DNA of 51,837 nucleotides from Treponema sp. (lineage in GTDB: Bacteria; Spirochaetota; Spirochaetia; Treponematales; Breznakiellaceae), in contig JAIRNP010000073.1 of assembly GCA_031258005.1 (NCBI GenBank), forward strand, positions 1 to 51,837, in the 5' to 3' direction. Under the pieces are notes generated by a model. It searched no databases. It saw only the letters and a program-made list of their open reading frames with translations, and had not been told where the DNA came from. Both the position numbers and the translations under genes were made by a program. This document shows, piece by piece, positions 44,887 through 51,837 of this stretch. Numbering within the stretch: position 1 is the stretch's first letter; each line of letters starts with the position of its first letter.

Positions 44887-46521
44887 TTACCGCATTTGCT
44901 GGGTAGCCAGTTTCTTCTGCGCCGGGGGCACGGTCCCTACCGAATAGTACGGTAAAGAAGCAGATGCATAGGCCGATTGCTCGCTTTCTACCCCTGCGGC
45001 GTTGACCGCGGTTACTTTGAAATATGCGGTACTTATCCCATCCCAACCTGTACTGGTAAATGAAGTACCCTCAACCTTATGGTCGTAATAATATGTCCCG
45101 CTTGAAGAGGTTGCCCAATAGATGATATAGCTCGTAGCGCCGCTCACCGGATTCCAGGAAACATATACCTCATCTGATGATATGCCGTATGCCCATACAC
45201 CGGTTGGCGCAGGAAGAACAGACCCGCTGCTTCCACTTGAAGACCAGGTTGTTGCATAAGCGTATGATGATTGAGAGCCTTCCGTCCCAGCGCTATTAAC
45301 CGCGCTTACTTTGTAATAATAGGTAGTGTTTGACGATAATCCCGTATCGGTATATGAGGCAGATGAAGCAGATACCGTGTCAATGAGCGTATAGTAGATG
45401 TTTGCTTGACTACGGTAAATCTTATAATTGGTAGCCCCATAAACCTGATTCCAGGATACCGTAATCTGGTCTGAAGAGCCTGCCGATGCATGTATGCTTG
45501 GAGCGGAAGGGGTGCCTGCTAGGGTTGTTGCCGAAGCAGCCGTTGATTTTGAGCTTTCTCCATACTCATTATACGCAACTATGGTATAATAATACGTGGT
45601 CCCCTGGTATAAGCCCGTATCGGTATAGGTGGTATCACTTGCGCTGGTCAGGAACGATTCATACGAATCGTCCTTCATCTTACGGTATATCCAATAACCG
45701 GAAGCGCCGGAAACCGGAGACCAGGATAGGGTAATGCTGCTTGCAGAGCTTGCCGAGGCAGTAACGTTATAAGGAACGGAAGGCGGGGACCCGCTGTTTC
45801 CTCCGCCTGTATATGCTCCAACCCGGGCATAGTCAGACTGAGGGCCCTCCCCTGCGGCATTGAAGGCGCTTACTTTGAAATATCCCTGATCATAGTCCGT
45901 CCAGTTTTTACTGGTATGTGAAGGTGTACTAACCTTAGCTTCGTACTCATAGGGCCCTGCTGCTTCCAATGCCCAATAAACGAAATAGAATGTAGCGCCG
46001 GCCACCGGATTCCATATAACATTTACCTGATCTGGGGATATACGGGTTGCGGTTACATTGGTTGGCGCACTGGGCGCAGAACCTTGGCTGTTTTCACCTT
46101 GGGTTATTACTGCATTAACGCTTGATGATAAAGTACCCTCTCCCGCGCTATTATACGCGCGTACTTTATAATAATAGGGGATATTCGGTGATAATCCGCT
46201 ATCCGTATAGGATGCATTATTTGTCTCCCCCAGAAGATTATAGGAGCCCTCAGTATGCTCTGCCCGGTATACCCTATAACCAGAAGCGCCGGAGACTAAA
46301 GACCACCTTATGGTAATGCTGCTTTGGGATGCTACGAGGGTAACTAAGTCTGTAGGAACCGCAGGGATAGTGTTACTGGATCCGCCGCCCCTCCCCGTAA
46401 CCTGGTCGGCGAAGGCCCCCAAGCCGCCGCCGCCGCTATCATTCTCACAGGCCATCAGCGTTAATCCGAATACCAGCGCCAGGCTGCATATTCCCGTCAT
46501 AATTACGTGATACTTTTTCAT
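44887..46521 (-). CDS. Lipoprotein with five fibronectin type III-like modules
   Basis: The lipobox is LTLMAC. Repeats of about 90 aa read P.AP..V.....S...I.(V/L)SW..V.GA.GY.(I/V)YR...Y....YTDTGL...T.YYYKV.A.N..GE. They alternate with a variant type, (V/I)YW(A)...G.Y.Y....FKV(S/T)A(F/V)NAAG. Confidence 0.8.
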   Translation of the reverse strand: MKKYHVIMTGICSLALVFGLTLMACENDSGGGGLGAFADQVTGRGGGSSNTIPAVPTDLVTLVASQSSITIRWSLVSGASGYRVYRAEHTEGSYNLLGETNNASYTDSGLSPNIPYYYKVRAYNSAGEGTLSSSVNAVITQGENSQGSAPSAPTNVTATRISPDQVNVIWNPVAGATFYFVYWALEAAGPYEYEAKVSTPSHTSKNWTDYDQGYFKVSAFNAAGEGPQSDYARVGAYTGGGNSGSPPSVPYNVTASASSASSITLSWSPVSGASGYWIYRKMKDDSYESFLTSASDTTYTDTGLYQGTTYYYTIVAYNEYGESSKSTAASATTLAGTPSAPSIHASAGSSDQITVSWNQVYGATNYKIYRSQANIYYTLIDTVSASSASYTDTGLSSNTTYYYKVSAVNSAGTEGSQSSYAYATTWSSSGSSGSVLPAPTGVWAYGISSDEVYVSWNPVSGATSYIIYWATSSSGTYYYDHKVEGTSFTSTGWDGISTAYFKVTAVNAAGVESEQSAYASASLPYYSVGTVPPAQKKLATQQMR

Positions 46522-46965
46522 GAAGTACCTCCTTTTCTAGGAACTCACCGGTTCCCAGGTTTAACCACCGAAGACGGGAAACCGCCCCCCAGGGCCAGGC
46601 TCCTGAAGACCGGAAGGTTCCGTGGGTTACGCGGGAAGAAGGCTCACCGCAGGCTACCGTTGCCGCAGCAAAGCATCCGCCTTTCATAGGTTTTCCCGTA
46701 GATATGGCATAACTTCTCAGCGGACTAAAGTCCGAATGAACTACCAAACCTAAGGCTCCGTTGGGCATAGGATAAGTAAGCGAAGGTTCTTTTGTGCATC
46801 TCACCACCGCTATTTGATAGTATTGTTAATACCATACTTTTACTTGTTATTACCAAGTAAATATGAAAAAAAATCCGGTATTGACTAAGTATATACTTGC
46901 TATTACCTAGTTGTCAATACACGGTAAAGCCCTATTATTCGATTTATGAGGAATTTAAACAAACT

Positions 46966-47325
46966 ATGAATTTAGGACCCGAACGATTGCGAAAGTGGCT
47001 ATCTCTGAATATCAAGAGCCGCAGGAGGGACTTAGGCATATCCCAGGAGAAACTGGCGGAAACCGCAGACCTCTCGGCTCAGACGGTGAACGATATCGAG
47101 GGCTGCCGTATGTGGGTGAGCGACAAGACCATCGTGAAACTCGCCCGGGCCCTTAAGGTCGAGGCATACCAGCTTTTGGTTCCCAATATTGAAGAAAAAA
47201 AGACAGGAGAAACCCCGGAATCTCCTCATTCCCCGGCAGAAATCTTACTCACGCTTCAGCATAATCTCAAAAAACAAATCGACCGGCAATTTGATGAGGC
47301 CCTCAGATCCGGCCTATGGCGTTAA
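46966..47325 (+). CDS. XRE-family HTH transcriptional regulator (paralog 1)
   Basis: LRKWLSLNIKSRRRDLGISQEKLAETADLSAQTVNDIEGCR is an HTH_3-type motif. The start was trimmed to the ATG at 46966. Confidence 0.75.
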   Translation: MNLGPERLRKWLSLNIKSRRRDLGISQEKLAETADLSAQTVNDIEGCRMWVSDKTIVKLARALKVEAYQLLVPNIEEKKTGETPESPHSPAEILLTLQHNLKKQIDRQFDEALRSGLWR

Positions 47326-47492
47326 GCTTCCGCGTATGAACCCGGCAAAGCATGGGTAAACCCTTGCTCATACCAAGAGACACCTAGATAGTAACAACCC
47401 CTTTATTGGTTTTAACAAGTTGTCATTCCTTATGATTACTGAGTAGGGTAATGAGAGCCATACTATGTATAAAAGGGGTTTATAAAAGCACT

Positions 47493-47858
47493 ATGAGCAC
47501 CATGAGTGGAGGACCAGAATTATTACGGACCCTGTTATCTATGAACATCAAACACCGGCGAAAAGTCTTAGGTTTTTCCCAGGCAAAACTCGCCCAAGCC
47601 GCGGAACTTTCGGTTCAGACGGTGAACGATATCGAGGGCTGCCGTATATGGGTGAGCGACAAGACCATTGTGAAACTCGCCCAGGCCCTCAAGGTCGAGG
47701 CGTACCAGCTTTTAGTTCCGTTTTTTGAAGCGGGAAAAGGAGGAGAAAACGAGATTCCTCGTTCTTCAGCGGTAGAAATCTTACTCACCTTACAGCAGAA
47801 GATTAAAAATGAGATCGATCTACAATTTTATAGTATCCTGAAATCCCGGGTATTGTAG
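47493..47858 (+). CDS. XRE-family HTH transcriptional regulator (paralog 2)
   Basis: LRTLLSMNIKHRRKVLGFSQAKLAQAAELSVQTVNDIEGCR. It is a tandem duplicate of 46966-47325. The start is ambiguous between 47493 and 47502. Confidence 0.75.
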   Translation: MSTMSGGPELLRTLLSMNIKHRRKVLGFSQAKLAQAAELSVQTVNDIEGCRIWVSDKTIVKLAQALKVEAYQLLVPFFEAGKGGENEIPRSSAVEILLTLQQKIKNEIDLQFYSILKSRVL

Positions 47859-47868
47859 TAAACCGGCG

Positions 47869-48345
47869 CTAACCTGAAGAGGGGCTCCGGGTGCTTTCCC
47901 GGATAAGCTGAGACAAGATCCTATCAAAACTGTCTGCAAAGGCTTTGAGTTCCCGTTTACCGTAGGTGCGAACCCGCGCTCCGATAAGGCCCTTTTCTGC
48001 CAGGCCCAGCATAAAATCCCTGAGGGAACGGTGTTCCCTCAGGTTTTCCTGGGTATACACCCGCCCCCGGTCGTCAATAACCCGAATCGACCCTTCCACC
48101 AAACGACAAGCTAAAGGGATGTCCCGGGTTACTGCCAAGTCTCCGGGACGGGCTAACTCGACCATACGGTCGTCAGCAGTTCCCTCTCCGGCAGGACAGC
48201 GTTCCATCACCGCCTTATCCCCAACTATACCTGGGATGAGGCGGTTTGCCACAAAAACCGCCTGTATCCCGGTTCTCCGGGCGGCCCGCAACACCGCTTC
48301 CCGGGCTAGACGGGGACAAGAATCAGCATCCACCAGTATTTTCAT
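47869..48345 (-). CDS. YaiI/YqxD-family protein (UPF0178)
   Basis: MKILVDADSCPRLAREAVLRAA...VFVAN is the characteristic N-terminus. Confidence 0.75.
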   Translation of the reverse strand: MKILVDADSCPRLAREAVLRAARRTGIQAVFVANRLIPGIVGDKAVMERCPAGEGTADDRMVELARPGDLAVTRDIPLACRLVEGSIRVIDDRGRVYTQENLREHRSLRDFMLGLAEKGLIGARVRTYGKRELKAFADSFDRILSQLIRESTRSPSSG

Positions 48346-48484
48346 GTTTTCTTCTATAAAATAGAGTCTGTCCCCAAACTAAGCGACTTGGAGGATGGGT
48401 TCCTCCTTGAGGCGAGGCAGTTTTACAGCCCGCGAACTGAAAGTTCGCACGAACTGGAAGTTCGAGTTTTGCAAGAAGCTCCTC

Positions 48485-49705
48485 TTATAAGGAACCCCGT
48501 CCTGCCCCATAGAGGATGTAGGTTCCGCTCAAGCGGATATTTTCCGGCTTGCCTGCAGGGATGAATACCGATTCCCCTTGTTGGAGGTTCCATTCCTCTT
48601 CCCCGCTGGCAAAAGTGATGTGCAGCTCCCCCTGGGTTACGATAAGGATTGCAGGAAGGCTCTCCGGGTGTTGTACGCGGGCCTCCGAGCCTTTCCTTAC
48701 CCACAGGGAGAATTCTTTGGCCGGCGTTTTGTACCCGGAGCCCGGATCCCGGAGGATCTGGGGATGAAACACCGAGAAATCCACTATATGTACCAGCTCT
48801 TGGCTGTCCACATGCTTGGCGCTTAATCCTCCCCGAAGTACGTTGTCTGAGTTTGCCATAAGCTCCACGCCAAAACCGCGTATATACCCGTGGAGGACCC
48901 CTGCAGGAAGATAGAGCCCTTCACCGGGTTCGAGAGTAATCTGGTTGAGGTACAGGGGAGATAGCACCGCCGGATCCCCTGGGTATAATTCCGCAAAATA
49001 GGCAATGAGCTGCCATGCTTCCTGATATGCAGGATGCTCGTGGATAAGCCTTTCTTTGTGGTCTCTCCCATAGGCGCTCAATGCCTGCCCTAGTACTGAG
49101 GGAAGCGCGAAGATCCCTTGGAGAAATGCCCGGAGGCTTTGATCCACAGCGCCGGTTTGCAGGGTTTGAATCAGCGTATTCAAGGCCCTATGCAGCGGTT
49201 CAGGCGCGGATTGAGCAAAGGCCGTCAAGCCCCGGACAATCTGTGCTGGTTCTTGGAATCCGCAAAGGGCCTTGAAGGGACTCAGGGCACAGATAATTTC
49301 CGGTTTATGACCGGGATCCTTGTAATTCCGGTTGGGTGCCTTAAGGGGTATATGGCGTTGATTTTCCCGTTCCCAGCCCCTTTGGGCTTGCTCCTTGTTT
49401 GGATGGGCTTGGATAGAAAGGGGCTTCTCCACAGCTAGGAGTTTAAACAAAAACGGGAGGGTCCCAAAGACCTGCTGTACCTCGGTTCCTATATACAAAG
49501 CAGGATCTTGGGCTATCAGCAAAGAGAGGGGCAACGCCATCCCCTCATATTCGGTACAGGACGGCCCTTCGGGATGAACCCCCATCCATAATTCCGCCCA
49601 GGGAAGCCCTTCAGGATTTGCCAGCCCCAATAACTGGGGAATCCACTGAGGAGATCCCCAGTCATAGTGCTTAATGGGATTTTTGAGTCTAAACATACGG
49701 TTCAT
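48485..49705 (-). CDS. manA: Mannose-6-phosphate isomerase, class I
   Basis: 406 aa. NPIKHYDWGS...ELWMGVHP...LSIQAHP...YKDPGHKPE are classic PMI type I motifs. Confidence 0.9.
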   Translation of the reverse strand: MNRMFRLKNPIKHYDWGSPQWIPQLLGLANPEGLPWAELWMGVHPEGPSCTEYEGMALPLSLLIAQDPALYIGTEVQQVFGTLPFLFKLLAVEKPLSIQAHPNKEQAQRGWERENQRHIPLKAPNRNYKDPGHKPEIICALSPFKALCGFQEPAQIVRGLTAFAQSAPEPLHRALNTLIQTLQTGAVDQSLRAFLQGIFALPSVLGQALSAYGRDHKERLIHEHPAYQEAWQLIAYFAELYPGDPAVLSPLYLNQITLEPGEGLYLPAGVLHGYIRGFGVELMANSDNVLRGGLSAKHVDSQELVHIVDFSVFHPQILRDPGSGYKTPAKEFSLWVRKGSEARVQHPESLPAILIVTQGELHITFASGEEEWNLQQGESVFIPAGKPENIRLSGTYILYGAGRGSL

Positions 49706-49728
49706 ATCATGCCATAGGGATCCTTACA

Positions 49729-50070
49729 TTACGATTCATACGATAATACTTCGTTGATACGGGAGATTAAATTCAACGTAATCTGTTCGGTTTCCCGAGC
49801 TTCGGCCTCTTGCTCCGCCGCTTCTCGATTGAATATGCGTTGTATTTCATCACACAGTAAAAATCCCGTGAGAATGGCAATTTTAAGGGGATCCCGTAAA
49901 CCCGTTGAATTCTGCGTGCTTTCTAAAGCTAAACGGTAATTGTTCAGGACGCTTTCTAGGTACACGGGATTTTCTTCGGCAGCAATAGAAAAAGAGGTCC
50001 CTAATAGTTCGATCCGTAAATCACTTTTCATGAATCGAACATTTTTTGAAACTTGACCACTTTTTGACAT
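49729..50070 (-). CDS. zapA: Cell division protein ZapA
   Basis: IELLGTSFSIAAEENPVYLESVLNNYR...KIAILTGFLLCDEI is a ZapA-like pattern. The ATG at 50070 is preceded by AGAGGTG. Confidence 0.7.
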   Translation of the reverse strand: MSKSGQVSKNVRFMKSDLRIELLGTSFSIAAEENPVYLESVLNNYRLALESTQNSTGLRDPLKIAILTGFLLCDEIQRIFNREAAEQEAEARETEQITLNLISRINEVLSYES

Positions 50071-50079
50071 GAGCACCTC

Positions 50080-50433
50080 TTACGATTGATGCGCAGCCTG
50101 ATCCGCGTGTGTCGTATCATCATGTGGGGGAGGGGCTTCGTAGTCTCCCGTACCAAGTGCAGCCGGGTCGGTAGTAGTCAGTACCTGGGAAAGGCGATCT
50201 TCCATGGCATCTTCAACTTGATTGAGCTGATTAAGGGCGGAAAGGATCCGCTCCTCAATCTGAGCATCTTCGTCTTTATATCTTTGAATCACTTGATTCA
50301 GTTCTTCAATCTGTTTCTTCTGGGTTTGGGCCAGCTCTTTTAACCGACTGTTTTCTTCGGTTATCCGCTTCACAAAATCAAGGGCGCTGATAACCTTGGT
50401 TTCCAGTAATTTGACATGATCCAGTGTCCCCAT
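50080..50433 (-). CDS. Coiled-coil protein, ZapB-like
   Basis: 117 aa and heptad-rich (LETKVISALDFVKRITEENSRLKELAQTQKKQIEELNQVIQRYKDE). It lies immediately upstream of zapA. Confidence 0.5.
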   Translation of the reverse strand: MGTLDHVKLLETKVISALDFVKRITEENSRLKELAQTQKKQIEELNQVIQRYKDEDAQIEERILSALNQLNQVEDAMEDRLSQVLTTTDPAALGTGDYEAPPPHDDTTHADQAAHQS

Positions 50434-50434
50434 T

Positions 50435-50794
50435 TTAAGCCCCCAATGCCGCTTTAGCCTGAGACACCACCGCCTTAAAAGCCGTGGTATCCTCCACCGC
50501 GAGGAAGGCCAGGGCTTTCCGGTTGATGGTTACCCCGGCCTTATAGAGGCCCGCAATAAACCGGGAATAGGAGAGTCCCTCTCCCCGGCAGGCCGCGTTA
50601 ATACGGATGATCCATAACTGCCTAAAGTCGCCTTTCCGGTCTCGCCGGTCTCGGTAGGCATAAGCCAGGCCCTTAGCGACCGCATCCTTGGCGGCTTTAT
50701 AGTTTGAATGGCGACGTCCCCAATAGCCCTTGGCCTGTTTAAGGATCTGCTTCCTGTGGTCCTTTCTTCTTGAACCGTCTACTGCTCTTGACAT
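50435..50794 (-). CDS. rplT: 50S ribosomal protein L20
   Basis: [28 protein letters not shown]...[11 protein letters not shown]. Confidence 0.95.
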   Translation of the reverse strand: MSRAVDGSRRKDHRKQILKQAKGYWGRRHSNYKAAKDAVAKGLAYAYRDRRDRKGDFRQLWIIRINAACRGEGLSYSRFIAGLYKAGVTINRKALAFLAVEDTTAFKAVVSQAKAALGA

Positions 50795-50806
50795 GACATA
50801 CCGCTC

Positions 50807-51007
50807 CTATCCGTAGGGTAATAATCGTTTTTTGATTACCGGTACATTATCGCTGGACAATATACCGGCATGGCGGAGATTCCGCTTTCGTTTACGTGAC
50901 TTCTTGGTAAGAATATGGCGAAGGTTCTGTTTTTTATATTTTACCTTCCCCGTCCCTGTAAAAGAATAACGCTTGGCAGCGCTTTTCTTGGTTTTCATTT
51001 TTGGCAT
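50807..51007 (-). CDS. rpmI: 50S ribosomal protein L35
   Basis: [37 protein letters not shown]. Confidence 0.95.
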   Translation of the reverse strand: MPKMKTKKSAAKRYSFTGTGKVKYKKQNLRHILTKKSRKRKRNLRHAGILSSDNVPVIKKRLLPYG

Positions 51008-51095
51008 CTTGTTACCCTCAATGTAAAAAAATGTAAAAATCCAAGCCTTTCCCCAATACTACCGTTGAGGAAAGCCTCGGTATATACCTGTATCC

Positions 51096-51614
51096 TTATT
51101 TTTTAGACTTGGGACTCACGACCATAGACATGAACCTGCCTTCCATAGTCGGCGCCTTATCCATCACGTATTCCCCTTCAATACGTTTCAGCACGTCTTT
51201 AAGGACATCTAATCCCAATTCGGTGTGGGCAAGTTCCCTGCCTCTGAAACGGATGGTAACCTTGACCTTATTACCTTCAGCAAGAAATTCCCGTACATGC
51301 TTTGACTTGAACTCAATATCATGTTCATCGATCTTCGGCTGCATACGGATTTCTTTGAGTTTCAGCAACTTCTGCTTCTTTTTTGAATCCCGGACCTTCT
51401 TTTCATTCTCGAATTTGAACTTACCATAATCCATGATTTTGACCACCGGTGGAACCGCCTGGGGGGCAACTTCCACGAGATCAAGACCTTGTCCCCTGGC
51501 AATCGCTAGTGCTTCCAGGGTAGGAATAATTCCCTGTTGTTCACCCTCATCCCGAACGAGGCGAACTTCCCGCACCCGAATTTGTTCATTAATCCGTAAA
51601 TCCTTATCCGCCAA
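51096..51614 (-). CDS. infC: Translation initiation factor IF-3
   Basis: [16 protein letters not shown]...[12 protein letters not shown]...IRFRGRE. The start codon is TTG (reverse complement of caa at 51612-51614), with GGAGG 5 nt upstream. Confidence 0.9.
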   Translation of the reverse strand: MADKDLRINEQIRVREVRLVRDEGEQQGIIPTLEALAIARGQGLDLVEVAPQAVPPVVKIMDYGKFKFENEKKVRDSKKKQKLLKLKEIRMQPKIDEHDIEFKSKHVREFLAEGNKVKVTIRFRGRELAHTELGLDVLKDVLKRIEGEYVMDKAPTMEGRFMSMVVSPKSKK

Positions 51615-51689
51615 CTGACCTCCTCGTACAGTCCCTTCAGGAACTGAAGTTCCCGGTGCAACGGGGTATGCACCGATCGCTTAACTAAT

Positions 51690-51719
51690 ATTATAACGAA
51701 TAAAGGATTTGTATGTCTA
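51690..51719 (-). promoter_or_regulatory. Sigma70-like promoter TAGACA-N18-TATAAT of the infC-rpmI-rplT operon
   Basis: Reverse complements tgtcta at 51714-51719 and attata at 51690-51695. The leader is about 75 nt and carries two small hairpins. Confidence 0.45.
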
Positions 51720-51837
51720 GTAGGCGCATTGCCTCATCAAAAATGTTGTCGAAAAGAGGTCATGCCTCAAATTGAAACGTCAACTTGTTGACGCTGTTGC
51801 CCAAATTATAATGGGGATACCGCATGGAGGGTGTCCC

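Noticed and set aside
46445-46807. A 120-aa minus-strand ORF whose internal MKGGCFAAATVACG resembles the signal peptide of the CsgG-like gene. The 16 nt tgccgcagcaaagcat are identical to 44773-44788.
   Set aside because: The ORF overlaps the FN3 gene start out of frame and its remaining sequence is low-complexity and Arg/Gly/Trp-rich. At most it is a duplicated 5' fragment, not a gene.

Overview
This is a 51.8-kb bacterial chromosomal window with most genes on the minus strand. The proteins look Gram-negative or spirochaete-like, which is my impression only and not verifiable here. I found no rRNA, tRNA or convincing CRISPR array. The window splits into six blocks. (1) 1-21.7 kb is a metal/metallophore-acquisition island. 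It holds a FecCD permease with its binding lipoprotein, one intact and one decayed TonB-dependent receptor, an ExbB remnant, four AraC-family regulators in two paralogous pairs, and a ZinT-like lipoprotein. It also holds two collinear paralogous modules of exporter-fold ABC pair, AraC regulator and small lipoprotein; one ABC gene is frameshifted. VapBC and GNAT-type toxin-antitoxin pairs are interspersed. No biosynthetic genes are present. A recurring palindrome (GTTAG-N6-CTAAC) and a 19-bp-spaced direct repeat (TGGAGT) sit in the promoters. (2) 21.7-24.3 kb is an IS graveyard around a rubrerythrin gene. It contains an IS30-like transposase pseudogene split by a 128-bp MITE with inverted ends and a TACTTA duplication. 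It also contains an internally deleted rve-type transposase whose end matches the MITE end. (3) 24.3-27.3 kb holds a HAD phosphatase, a YibQ-like deacetylase and tsaD. (4) 27.7-40.6 kb is a selenium-dependent molybdenum hydroxylase / anaerobic purine-catabolism cluster: xdhD-like, a YheO-like regulator, ygeX, ygeY, ygeW, carbamate kinase, ygfK and ssnA. Several usual partners are missing. (5) 40.9-47.9 kb is an uncharacterised envelope operon of two CsgG/LpoB-like proteins, two LPP20-like proteins, a small beta-barrel OMP and a five-module FN3 lipoprotein. It sits next to two tandem XRE paralogs. (6) 47.9-51.8 kb is housekeeping: yaiI-like, manA, zapA, a ZapB-like gene, and rplT-rpmI-infC with a TTG start on infC. 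All homology calls come from my reading of the translated ORFs. No database search was run.
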